Origin: Bacillota bacterium
GTDB lineage: Bacteria > Bacillota > Clostridia > DSM-8532
Direction of reading: 5' to 3'
Assembly: GCA_023415825.1 (NCBI GenBank)
Contig: JAEZJF010000020.1
Location: 32,615 to 56,614 of the forward strand
DNA length: 24,000 bases
The first letter of the stretch is position 1. Each line of letters opens with the position of its first letter. Positions 15,688 to 24,000 of this stretch are shown in pieces. The translations under genes and the position numbers were made by a program. The notes beneath the pieces were generated by a model. The model ran no database searches. It was given only the letters and a program-made list of their open reading frames with translations, and was not told where the DNA came from.

Positions 15688-15813
15688 ATGTTTCTGGGTA
15701 AGCTTCTGGCAGCAATAGCATTCTCAACAGCCTTCTTAAGTAACTTCACAAGCTGTGTCATATTCGTGAATCAGCCTCAGATGCCTGAGAAAGTAAGAAT
15801 GCTCAAAAAATGA
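15688..15813 (+). CDS. agrD: AgrD-like AIP precursor, 41 aa (47 aa if it starts at GTG 15670). It is below the ORF-track size cut-off.
   Basis: My translation is MFLGKLLAAIAFSTAFLSNFTSCVIFVNQPQMPEKVRMLKK. It has an amphipathic leader, a Cys (15754-15756) followed by four residues (CVIFV), then an N-Q-P-x-x-P-E-K tail like the recognition tail of clostridial AgrD. AGAGG lies 7 nt upstream of the ATG, and the gene starts 24 nt after agrB. Confidence 0.75.
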   Translation: MFLGKLLAAIAFSTAFLSNFTSCVIFVNQPQMPEKVRMLKK

Positions 15814-15895
15814 TCCTATTGCGTATGCTTAATGGACACATTTTTTACAATTGAGCAGCGGACAGTAACTTGGCTCGCATTCCTTATACCCTGAA

Positions 15896-15936
15896 TATCC
15901 CAGCTTGGTAACTGTATCAGGCTGGGATACTTTTTC
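15896..15936 (+). terminator. Rho-independent terminator after agrBD
   Basis: TATCCCAGC (15896-15904), a 16-nt loop, GCTGGGATA (15921-15929), then CTTTTTC. Confidence 0.7.
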
Positions 15937-16056
15937 ATATAGAGAATGCCTACCAACAGGGTTACCGAAGCGTAAATTTGCTTTCTTTTTTTCTCAATAC
16001 ATAGAAGCAGATAAGTAATACAATAATCCCCCCAAAAAAGAAAGTGAGGAAAGCAA

Positions 16057-16086
16057 TTGAAAAAACATAGAAAATTCTGGTATGAT
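16057..16086 (+). promoter_or_regulatory. Putative sigma-A promoter (extended -10) for the LytTR regulator and kinase operon
   Basis: TTGAAA (16057-16062), an 18-nt spacer ending in TGg, then TATGAT (16081-16086). It lies about 80 nt upstream of ATG 16168. No LytTR repeats are seen here. Confidence 0.4.
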
Positions 16087-16167
16087 GATTTAGCCAAGAG
16101 TTTTTTTAACGGGCACAAAAATAGAAAAAATGAGCTGAATTTGATTCAATTACTTTCGGGGGAGAAT

Positions 16168-16896
16168 ATGCAGATTGCAGTTTGCGACGATGAAAAGGTC
16201 TTTTTAGATCTTTTTTCAGGTTATATTAAAAACTGTATGGCAACTTGTGAAGAGTACAATAATGAAGTTACCATTGATGCATACTCCTCGGGAGAACTGC
16301 TGTTAGAGGCCTATAATCAAGGACAGACCTATGATATTATTTTCCTTGATATCAGAATGGACGGGCTCAATGGTTTTGATACGGCAAAAATGATAAGAGA
16401 ACTTGACAGCAGGACCATGATTGTCTTTATTACCTCATTATCAGATTATATTTTCAACAGCTTTGAATACCGGCCCTTTTGGTTCCTGATAAAGCCTGTT
16501 TCCGAGGAGAAGTTCAGGTATGTATTCTTTAAAGCACTAACCGAACTTAAGCATATAAGGACAAGGGAATTTTCCTTCTTTACCAGAGAGCATGGGCTGC
16601 TAAGCTTGGAAATCAGCAAAATTTGCTATTTGGAAAGTGTACTGAGAAGAATCATTATTCAAACAACTATGGAGCAATATACTTATTATGCCAATATTTC
16701 ATCAGAAGAAGAAAAGCTTATAAAGTACGATTTCGTAAGGATTCACAAGGGGTACCTTGTGAATATGGCATACATACAAAGAATCAACAAAAACAATGTT
16801 GTCTTGAAAAACAGTGTGGTGCTCCCCTTGAGCGAACACCGCTATAAAGCTGTATTTGATAGCTTTACTAGTTATCTTGCGAGGTGCTCGGTATGA
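16168..16896 (+). CDS. agrA: LytTR-family response regulator (AgrA-like), 242 aa
   Basis: Receiver domain MQIAVCDDE ... IIFLDIRMDGLNG, and a C-terminal LytTR DNA-binding domain (ICYLES ... FVRIHKGYLVNMAYI). ATG 16168 follows GGGGGAG. The in-frame 37-codon track extension was rejected. Confidence 0.9.
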   Translation: MQIAVCDDEKVFLDLFSGYIKNCMATCEEYNNEVTIDAYSSGELLLEAYNQGQTYDIIFLDIRMDGLNGFDTAKMIRELDSRTMIVFITSLSDYIFNSFEYRPFWFLIKPVSEEKFRYVFFKALTELKHIRTREFSFFTREHGLLSLEISKICYLESVLRRIIIQTTMEQYTYYANISSEEEKLIKYDFVRIHKGYLVNMAYIQRINKNNVVLKNSVVLPLSEHRYKAVFDSFTSYLARCSV

Positions 16897-18206
16897 TACA
16901 TAGCTTTGGTTGGTTATCGGTTGAGGCGGGAACATCCCTGTTTGAAATCATACTCATTCTAACATTTTTAAATGGATTTCTTACCGTTAAAGAAATGTCG
17001 GTAGTAAAAAAAACAATTATATTCGTCGGAGCATATGTCATTTTATTTTTTGGAAGTACCTTCTTGTTTGATATTCCCGGCGCTCTTCTGATCAATTTTT
17101 TCACTGTCACTATGATCCTTTCATTTACTTTATACACGGGAAAGCTCACAAACCACTTCTTCTCGAGTATACTATTACTAGCCATGCTTGCTGTGGTGGA
17201 GCTTATAGCCATGTGCATAATTGTTATAAGCCTGAATATAGACGCCGCCAGAATTCAAGCTGAACCCCTCCTCAGATTTATCTGCGTTTTATTAAAAAAT
17301 ATTCTTTCCTTTGCCATCATTAAGCTTATCTGCAATTTCAGAAGATCTAATGTCAGAGAAGTGGGACGTGTCTATTTTGCTTTTCTCCTGGTCGTTCCTA
17401 TTATTTGTGTGGTTGTCACGCTTTTGATACTGAATCTTATTCTATCCTATGAGATAATGGACTTATCCATCTTCCTGGCAGCTTTTTTAGGATTAATGTA
17501 TGTTAATGCCATTGTTTTTGCCATCTTTGAAGGCCTGATGCGTCAAATGGACAAGGAGCATAGATATAAAATGATTGAAAAGCAATTGGAATTGCAGCTC
17601 AATCACTATAATAAATTAGCTGAGAACCGAGCAATGCTTTCGGAAGTCCTTCATGATTTTAAGAACCATCTCAACTGCATCTACAATCTTTATAAGTATA
17701 ATAATAGTCAGGACCTGGGCCGATATATAGAAAATCTCATTAATGTGTCCGAGACCGAAAAAGTGATCGATACAGGGAACCCTGTTATAGATGCCCTACT
17801 TAATGATAAATACTCTATAAGCCAAAAAATAGGAATTGATTTTAGAAAAGAGCTTAATCTACCTTCAAATCTTAAGATTGCGCCTACAGATATCTGTGCA
17901 ATTCTCGGAAATTCTCTTGATAATGCCATTGAAGCCTGCAAACGCATAAAGAACAGTGCCATAAGAAGGGAAATAGCCCTATCAATGACCTATCGTGATT
18001 CCTATCTCATCATAGTTGTTGTCAATACAATTGATCAGGTTCCTCTAAAGGAGGGTAAGTTCTTTCGTTCATCGAAGCCTTCTCCGGAATTACATGGCTT
18101 GGGTATGCACAGCATAGAAAGAACTGTAAAGAAATATGCCGGCAATATGGTTGTAAAATGTGATGAAGGACTTTTTAAGCTGGAAATCGTCATGTCGACA
18201 GCCTAA
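16893..18206 (+). CDS. agrC: AgrC-like (HPK10, GHKL) membrane sensor histidine kinase, about 437 aa
   Basis: The N-terminal half has about 6 TM helices. H-box LHDFKNHLNCI, N-box LGNSLDNAIEA and G-box HGLGMHSIERTV. The ATG at 16893 overlaps the regulator stop (ATGA). Confidence 0.85.
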   Translation: MIHSFGWLSVEAGTSLFEIILILTFLNGFLTVKEMSVVKKTIIFVGAYVILFFGSTFLFDIPGALLINFFTVTMILSFTLYTGKLTNHFFSSILLLAMLAVVELIAMCIIVISLNIDAARIQAEPLLRFICVLLKNILSFAIIKLICNFRRSNVREVGRVYFAFLLVVPIICVVVTLLILNLILSYEIMDLSIFLAAFLGLMYVNAIVFAIFEGLMRQMDKEHRYKMIEKQLELQLNHYNKLAENRAMLSEVLHDFKNHLNCIYNLYKYNNSQDLGRYIENLINVSETEKVIDTGNPVIDALLNDKYSISQKIGIDFRKELNLPSNLKIAPTDICAILGNSLDNAIEACKRIKNSAIRREIALSMTYRDSYLIIVVVNTIDQVPLKEGKFFRSSKPSPELHGLGMHSIERTVKKYAGNMVVKCDEGLFKLEIVMSTA

Positions 18207-18278
18207 GGTGCAATCAAAACCTCGATCATCCCTAAGGTGCGCCATTTTGTACCAACACGACTCAACCTTTAGAGCCTA

Positions 18279-19403
18279 TCACCCCTCATTTTTGGGCGAC
18301 AGAGTACCTGTATACGCTAAAATACGTTCAATAAGGCTATCCCGGAATTGTGTTAGACCTTCAAAATCCATGTTTTTAATATAGTGCTTTTCGAGATCGT
18401 CATGAAAAGCCTTCGCATCGGCTATGCATTCAATGGCTCTCTGAAGCAGGGCTTCGGTATAGAGCCGATTGAAGCCAAGCTGTTTACCGTGATCTTCAAT
18501 TACAGTCTTATCATAAAAGTCATTGATAAAATAGGTCGTACAATTTTCATTGTTTATATCGCTGATATCGTGATATTCATTGGCGGTCAGTACAGAGACC
18601 TTGAGCTCGGGAATAACCATATGCTCAATATTCAGGGGAGCCATGGGGCAAAAATAGGTCTCGCAGTCGAAACCTCTAATGAGAGCTTCATTTTTCAGAG
18701 TATCTAAAATACGGTGGGTAGTGCCTCCGGCAGGAGCACTTAGCCTAATGATCTTTTGGGTGGAGCAAATGCTGTCAAGGAAGTCAGAGAAGCCACGGGG
18801 TGTAATTGCGCTTGCAAACAGGCACCGCTGCTTTCCAGGTATTTTGGATGGGGCTCCCTTATCAAATAGCATATCTTTTAGATCATGGATGAAAAGAGCT
18901 TCGCGGCCTCTGTCCAGAGCTTCTTCAAAAATAGTTTCGGTGTCTTCCTTAAGGGAGGCGGCTGCACGTAAATAGCGGTAAGCTCTTGCAAAGCAAACCT
19001 TGATTTTCTTATTGAGGATCATGATATCCTCTCTTGATTCAGAGAATCCCTCTTCTCGCCAAAACTGCCCCAGATTGATGATCTCATCGACTGCTCCCGG
19101 GTATACGGGATCAACTACGTGAGGAGAGGTTCCGTCAAGCATGGCGACCATAAGCTCAGGGATGACCAAGCCGTCCAGGCTGTTGTTATCACTGGAGCAA
19201 TGCATAAACTCTACATTAAAGCCTTGTTTGGCAAGCTCCAGGCCGACTCTTCGCATCAGGGTGCTCTTGCCGGTGCCGGGGCCGCCTTTTAAAACAAAGA
19301 TTTTCCTGGCTTTTGTATTGTCGATAATGTATCTATAATAACTAAAGAAGCCACCGGGTGTATTACCTCCCGGATACATGTGTCTAATATTCCCCTCAGG
19401 CAT
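18279..19403 (-). CDS. Conserved P-loop NTPase of unknown function, about 374 aa
   Basis: Walker A VLKGGPGTGKST and a Walker B-like ELMVAMLDGT. The start was trimmed to the ATG at 19401-19403, 7 nt after GAGG; the track begins at TTG 19424. From memory it resembles the uncharacterised PRK06851-type Firmicute ATPases, but I could not verify this. Confidence 0.75.
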   Translation of the reverse strand: MPEGNIRHMYPGGNTPGGFFSYYRYIIDNTKARKIFVLKGGPGTGKSTLMRRVGLELAKQGFNVEFMHCSSDNNSLDGLVIPELMVAMLDGTSPHVVDPVYPGAVDEIINLGQFWREEGFSESREDIMILNKKIKVCFARAYRYLRAAASLKEDTETIFEEALDRGREALFIHDLKDMLFDKGAPSKIPGKQRCLFASAITPRGFSDFLDSICSTQKIIRLSAPAGGTTHRILDTLKNEALIRGFDCETYFCPMAPLNIEHMVIPELKVSVLTANEYHDISDINNENCTTYFINDFYDKTVIEDHGKQLGFNRLYTEALLQRAIECIADAKAFHDDLEKHYIKNMDFEGLTQFRDSLIERILAYTGTLSPKNEG

Positions 19404-19478
19404 CAGATCAACCTCGTAAACCAAAATACACGCCCTATAGTTTACTCCAAATTTTCACACATTATGATTGCTTTCCAG

Positions 19479-19497
19479 AAAGTCGTACAACGACTTT
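19479..19497. promoter_or_regulatory. Perfect 19-bp palindrome (8+3+8) in the divergent ATPase/purL intergenic region. Candidate operator.
   Basis: AAAGTCGT-ACA-ACGACTTT, flanked by T-runs on the + strand. It lies 75 nt upstream of the ATPase ATG and 175 nt upstream of the purL ATG. Confidence 0.3.
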
Positions 19498-19672
19498 TTT
19501 CTGCAATTACTGAATCTAGGGTATCAAGCGACTGAGACCCTGTAAATTGTCACAACCGCCCATTTATGTAAAGCCCATCTCTTGGCAGTTTAAAGCTTTT
19601 TTTTAAGGTCATAATCCTATATAATGGGGGTATATTACTTTTTTCAACAAATTTTTAGAATGGAGCTTGACG

Positions 19673-22600
19673 ATGGCCGTAAGAAGAGTATTTGTGGAAA
19701 AAAAGCCGGGCTATGATGTAGAAGCTGATAAGCTATATTCAGAGATTAAAGAAAATCTCCTTATAGGAGGACTAAAAAAAGTTCGAATTCTTCAGCGCTA
19801 TGATGTCGAGGGGATAACCGACAGCGACTATGAAAAAGCCAAGATCATGGTTTTCTCTGAACCACCGGTTGATGATGTCTGTGACGAAGAGCTTCAAATG
19901 CATGAAAACGAACGTCTTATTGCCATTGAATATCTGCCTGGCCAATATGACCAGCGCGCGGATTCTGCTGCTCAATGCATTCAATTGATTACCAGAGGGG
20001 AAAGACCCGATGTCAGGGTTGCAAGAGTCCTGGTACTGTCAGGCGACCTTTCAGAAGAAGATTACCAAAGAATTCTCAATTACGTTATCAATCCTGTTGA
20101 AACACGTCAGGCCTCTCCCAAAAAGCCCTTAACCCTAAGTGAAGCTTATCCTGTTCCACAGGACGTGGTTAAAATTGAAGGCTTTACCGAAATGGCGCTG
20201 GAAAAGCTGAAGGCACTTATGGAAGACATGGGATTTGCCATGTCACTGGAGGATCTGGCTTTCTGCCAGGACTATTTCAAGGATTTGGAGAACCGTGATC
20301 CTACCATCACAGAGCTTCGCATGATCGATACCTATTGGTCGGATCATTGCAGGCATACGACCTTCCTTACACAGATCGATGAAGTGAATTTTGACTCAAA
20401 CCCCGTGGCGCAAAAGGTTAAGGAAGCTTACTCTTTTTACCTGGAAACGAGAAAAAAAGTATATGGGGAACGTGATAAGGATATTTCCCTTATGGATATT
20501 GCCACCCTGGCTATGAAATATCTTAAATCTACGGGGGATCTTGATAATTTGGATGAATCTGACGAGATCAATGCCTGCAGCATTGTTGTCAACGCTATGG
20601 TGGAGGGGAGATATGAGGAATGGCTCGTTATGTTCAAAAACGAAACCCATAATCACCCTACGGAGATTGAGCCCTTCGGCGGTGCTGCAACCTGTCTGGG
20701 AGGCGCCATCCGTGATCCTTTATCGGGCCGTTCCTATGTTTATCAGGCTATGCGCGTAACAGGGTCTGCTGATCCTCGCACACCGCTTGCAGAAACCCTG
20801 CCCGGCAAGCTGCCCCAAAGGGTCATTACCACAACGGCAGCCCACGGGTATAGTTCCTATGGCAATCAAATAGGCCTGTCAACAGGTATGGTTACCGAAA
20901 TATACCATCCTGATTATGTTGCAAAGCGAATGGAGATCGGAGCGGTTGTAGGAGCGGCACCCCGGTTAAATGTAGTAAGAAAAACTCCCGAAGCAGGGGA
21001 TATTATTATTCTTCTCGGGGGCCGGACAGGACGAGACGGATGCGGCGGTGCTACAGGCTCCTCCAAGGAGCACACCGAGGAATCTCTCACTAGTTGCGGT
21101 GCAGAGGTGCAAAAGGGTAATGCGCCTACAGAGCGGAAGATCCAGCGCCTCTTCAGAAAAGCCTCTGTTACCCGAATGATAAAAAGATGCAATGACTTTG
21201 GAGCAGGTGGTGTCGCAGTGGCCATCGGGGAACTGGCTGATGGATTGGATATCAATCTCGATGCTGTTCCCAAAAAATATGAAGGCCTTGACGGCACGGA
21301 GCTTGCTATTTCAGAGTCCCAGGAACGGATGGCTGTGGTTGTTTCTCCTGAAAATGTAGAGTTGTTCATAAAGGAATCATCCCAGGAGAACCTTGAGGCT
21401 ACCAAGGTGGCTGTTGTTACCGATACCGGGCGTTTGCGCATGAGCTGGCGCGGAAAAAATATTGTGGATTTAAGCCGTGATTTTTTAAATACCAATGGAA
21501 TTAAGCAAAGCATCTCAATAAAGGTTAACGGTGCAAAGCTATCGGAGAATACTTTATTGAAGCTTTCACCTGAATTGGAAGCCCTTCAAGGCGAGCCCCG
21601 AAAGGCATGGCTGAAGAACCTTGAAAGCTTGAATGTCTGCAGCCAAAAGGGGTTGATTGAGCGTTTCGACAGTACCATCGGCGGTGGAACGGTTCACATG
21701 CCTTTTGGCGGAAAGCACCAGTTAACACCCACGGAAGGTATGGCTGCCAAGCTCCCTGTTGAAAGTGGAGATACCACCACAGGAACTGTGATGACCGCAG
21801 GTTTCAACCCTGATATATCCAAATGGAGCCCTTTCCATGGAGCGGTTTATGCCATTGTTGAATCCCTTGCCCGGTTGGTGGCTATGGGGGGAGACTACCA
21901 AAATGCCCGGCTGACGCTTCAGGAGTATTTTGAAAAGCTTGGAAAGGACGCTCAAAAATGGGGTAAGCCCTTCGAAGCTCTTTTAGGTGCCTTCTATACC
22001 CAGTATATGCTCAAAGTTGCTGCAATCGGGGGGAAGGACAGCATGTCAGGTACCTTTAAGGATATTAACGTACCTCCCACGTTGGTTTCCTTTGCATTAG
22101 CGCCTGTTGAAGTCACACAGCTTATTTCACCCGAGCTTAAAAAAATTGGCAGCAAATTGGTTTTGCTTTCTGTCAAAAAAGATGATTTGCTGCTTCCTGA
22201 TTTTGATAGCTTGAAGACTGCCTTCTCTACGCTCACCCGCTGTATCCGGCAGAATAAGATCCTAGCCGCTTCTTCTCTAAAGGTAGGGGGTCTTGCCGAG
22301 GCTATCTGTAAAATGGCATTCGGAAATGGTATAGGAGTTAAGACATTAGATATAAGCTTTGATCGTCTCTTTGGCCTTGATTATGGCGCCATTCTCGTGG
22401 AGATTGAAAAGGAAGCCCATGAGGCGGAATTATTTGCCGGTCTTGATTATACCCTGGTAGGAGAGACAATTGAAGAACCTGTGATCCAAACCAATGGCAC
22501 AGCGATTTCATTGAGCGACTTATCCTCTGCATGGCAGGGAACTCTTGAAAAGATCTTCCCCACTCAAACTGATGGTAATACAGAAAATGTAAATTCCGTA

Positions 22601-23443
22601 AGCTTTCTTTCACAAAGCCCGGTAAGAAGAAAAGCACAGGTTGCCCGTCCACGGGTACTCATACCCGTTTTCCCAGGTACAAACTGTGAATATGATGTTA
22701 AGCGGAAATTTGAAGGAGCCGGAGCCATAGCTGAGGTTCTGGTCCTAAAGAATCTTTCAGCCAGGGAAATTGACGAGTCCATTCAGGAGATGAAAAAACG
22801 TATTGACGAAAGTCAAATCATCATGCTGCCTGGAGGCTTCAGTGCCGGTGACGAGCCCGAGGGCTCGGGCAAATTCATTGCCACAGTTTTCAGAAATCCG
22901 TATCTGTCCGATGCCGTAATGGACTTGCTCAATAAACGGGATGGTCTTATTCTGGGTATATGCAACGGTTTCCAGGCGCTTGTCAAGCTGGGGCTTCTTC
23001 CCTATGGTGAGATAAGGCCGCTGGATGAATCTTGTCCGACTCTCACCTTCAATACATTGGGAAGACATGCATCCGCATTGATCCAGACCCGTGTTGCCTC
23101 CAACCTCTCCCCATGGCTATCCAAAGCCCGGGTCGGGGAGGTTCATACCATCGCAATCTCTCATGGAGAAGGAAGGTTCGCTGCAAGCGCCTCTGTGCTT
23201 GAGGAACTGGAGAGGAACGGACAGATTGCCACCCAATATGTGGACCTTGACGGCAATCCCACTATGGATATACGGTATAATCCCAATGGCTCTGTTATGG
23301 CCATTGAAGGAATAACCAGCAAGGACGGCAGAATTTTTGGGAAAATGGGCCATGATGAGCGTTTTACTTCCCATACCTTCATGAATGTTCCGGGAGACAA
23401 GGACCAAAAAATATTTGAGGCAGGTGTGGAATACTTCCTATGA
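19673..23443 (+). CDS. purL: Phosphoribosylformylglycinamidine (FGAM) synthase, single-chain large form (PurS-like, PurL and glutaminase PurQ domains fused)
   Basis: A protein of about 1256 aa. It contains DTYWSDHCRHTTF, NETHNHPTEIEPFGGAATCLGGAIRD and SESQERM, and a C-terminal class-I amidotransferase with the nucleophile context GICNGFQ and HGEGRF. ATG 19673 lies 7 nt after GGAG. Confidence 0.95.
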   Translation: MAVRRVFVEKKPGYDVEADKLYSEIKENLLIGGLKKVRILQRYDVEGITDSDYEKAKIMVFSEPPVDDVCDEELQMHENERLIAIEYLPGQYDQRADSAAQCIQLITRGERPDVRVARVLVLSGDLSEEDYQRILNYVINPVETRQASPKKPLTLSEAYPVPQDVVKIEGFTEMALEKLKALMEDMGFAMSLEDLAFCQDYFKDLENRDPTITELRMIDTYWSDHCRHTTFLTQIDEVNFDSNPVAQKVKEAYSFYLETRKKVYGERDKDISLMDIATLAMKYLKSTGDLDNLDESDEINACSIVVNAMVEGRYEEWLVMFKNETHNHPTEIEPFGGAATCLGGAIRDPLSGRSYVYQAMRVTGSADPRTPLAETLPGKLPQRVITTTAAHGYSSYGNQIGLSTGMVTEIYHPDYVAKRMEIGAVVGAAPRLNVVRKTPEAGDIIILLGGRTGRDGCGGATGSSKEHTEESLTSCGAEVQKGNAPTERKIQRLFRKASVTRMIKRCNDFGAGGVAVAIGELADGLDINLDAVPKKYEGLDGTELAISESQERMAVVVSPENVELFIKESSQENLEATKVAVVTDTGRLRMSWRGKNIVDLSRDFLNTNGIKQSISIKVNGAKLSENTLLKLSPELEALQGEPRKAWLKNLESLNVCSQKGLIERFDSTIGGGTVHMPFGGKHQLTPTEGMAAKLPVESGDTTTGTVMTAGFNPDISKWSPFHGAVYAIVESLARLVAMGGDYQNARLTLQEYFEKLGKDAQKWGKPFEALLGAFYTQYMLKVAAIGGKDSMSGTFKDINVPPTLVSFALAPVEVTQLISPELKKIGSKLVLLSVKKDDLLLPDFDSLKTAFSTLTRCIRQNKILAASSLKVGGLAEAICKMAFGNGIGVKTLDISFDRLFGLDYGAILVEIEKEAHEAELFAGLDYTLVGETIEEPVIQTNGTAISLSDLSSAWQGTLEKIFPTQTDGNTENVNSVSFLSQSPVRRKAQVARPRVLIPVFPGTNCEYDVKRKFEGAGAIAEVLVLKNLSAREIDESIQEMKKRIDESQIIMLPGGFSAGDEPEGSGKFIATVFRNPYLSDAVMDLLNKRDGLILGICNGFQALVKLGLLPYGEIRPLDESCPTLTFNTLGRHASALIQTRVASNLSPWLSKARVGEVHTIAISHGEGRFAASASVLEELERNGQIATQYVDLDGNPTMDIRYNPNGSVMAIEGITSKDGRIFGKMGHDERFTSHTFMNVPGDKDQKIFEAGVEYFL

Positions 23444-24000
23444 GGCGTTCTATTGCATTACTTATTCGGCATATAGTGAAGTTGAGAAAAGGGATGGCTT
23501 GCATCAGAGGAGTTGCTTTAAGCTTGGCTCTCTTATTTTTAATCACCCTTTCAACTGGCCTAACGGTCTCTTGTTCCAAAGCAATGACCGGGATTGTCGA
23601 TCCCTATAAGCGTTATACTTATGATCAGATGATGGCAGAAGGCAAGAAGCTTTCGGAGCAATATTCCGATATTGTGGCATTGGATAATATAGGGAGCTCG
23701 GTAGAGGGACGGGATCTCCTTTTGGTCAAGCTCGGGAAAGGTGAAAAGAAGATAATTCTATGCGGTACCCATCATGCACGTGAGTATATTACAAGCTCAT
23801 ATCTCATGAAAATGACCGAAGAATATGCCAAGGCCTATAAGGGAACCGGCAAATTCGGAAAGTATAATGTTAAGGATCTCTTAAACAAGGTCACGCTCTA
23901 TATCGTACCCATGGTAAATCCGGATGGAGTCACCCTGGTCAATGAGGGCCTTAAAGCTGTAGCAGCCCGAGAGGCTGTTGAGGCCATGACGCTTGTCAAG
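23440..24000 (+). CDS. M14-family zinc carboxypeptidase (gamma-D-glutamyl-meso-diaminopimelate peptidase-like), N-terminal 187 codons. It is truncated by the window edge and absent from the ORF track.
   Basis: My translation is MRRSIALLIRHIVKLRKGMACIRGVALSLALLFLITLSTGLTVSCSK...LCGTHHAREYITS...YIVPMVNPDG. It has a signal or lipoprotein-like N-terminus, the HxxE zinc motif HAREY and the NPDG motif of M14 peptidases. The frame stays open to position 24000. The ATG overlaps the purL stop (ATGA). An alternative start is the ATG at 23494. Confidence 0.8.
   Translation, partial: MRRSIALLIRHIVKLRKGMACIRGVALSLALLFLITLSTGLTVSCSKAMTGIVDPYKRYTYDQMMAEGKKLSEQYSDIVALDNIGSSVEGRDLLLVKLGKGEKKIILCGTHHAREYITSSYLMKMTEEYAKAYKGTGKFGKYNVKDLLNKVTLYIVPMVNPDGVTLVNEGLKAVAAREAVEAMTLVK

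Noticed and set aside
15816-16118. A 100-aa minus-strand ORF between agrD and the LytTR regulator gene
   Set aside because: It overlaps the agrBD terminator and the putative regulator promoter. It lacks an RBS and has a low-complexity, AT-driven composition, so it is most likely spurious.
18201-18240. A 10-bp direct repeat CCTAAGGTGC (18201-18210 and 18231-18240) in the convergent gap after the kinase gene
   Set aside because: It is short, occurs only twice and has no associated structure or gene, so it is compatible with chance.
19515-19590. ykkC/PRPP-like or ZTP (pfl) riboswitch upstream of purL, prompted by CTAGGGT and AAAGCCC strings
   Set aside because: The segment is too short, at about 65 nt. 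It lacks GGUCCGAGAG and ACACGG-GGGA (ykkC) and CCGCCUGGGC (ZTP). The resemblance is limited to two short strings.
20914-21513. Antisense or overlapping ORFs inside well-supported genes. Examples: 199 aa antisense to purL, 160 aa at 12324-12806 antisense to the kinase gene, 119 aa at 512-871 antisense to spmA, and 138 aa at 5650-6066.
   Set aside because: These are shadow ORFs opposite or overlapping strongly supported coding frames. They have no RBS and no recognisable motifs, and their compositions are typical of out-of-frame translation.

Overview
The window looks like chromosomal DNA from a spore-forming, moderate-GC Firmicute (Clostridia-like). This is inferred from an abrB-type regulator with a 4-Cys tail, spmA/spmB, a single-chain clostridial-type FGAM synthase, and GGAGG-type ribosome-binding sites (RBS). 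Reading left to right: abrB-like regulator (-); spmA-spmB followed by a three-gene NitT/TauT-family ABC importer (+); a three-gene minus-strand operon of exported proteins or lipoproteins of unknown function (4469-7352); an NCS2/AzgA purine permease; an MFS transporter; an OmpR-type response regulator, sensor kinase and HtrA protease module; a complete agr-type peptide quorum-sensing locus (agrB, an agrD too small for the ORF track, a LytTR regulator and an AgrC-like kinase); a conserved P-loop ATPase (-); purL; and the 5' part of an M14 peptidase gene. The most interesting signal is at 14564-15052. A 48-bp LytTR-type operator module, made of two 17-bp direct repeats phased 21 bp apart, occurs twice. 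Each copy sits exactly 26 nt upstream of a -10 hexamer. One copy drives agrBD. The other drives a roughly 220-nt terminator-bounded unit with no credible ORF and with C-rich, anti-Shine-Dalgarno-like motifs. I interpret that unit as a candidate agr-controlled effector sRNA, an RNAIII analogue. All functional calls come from reading motifs in the supplied translations; no database search was possible.
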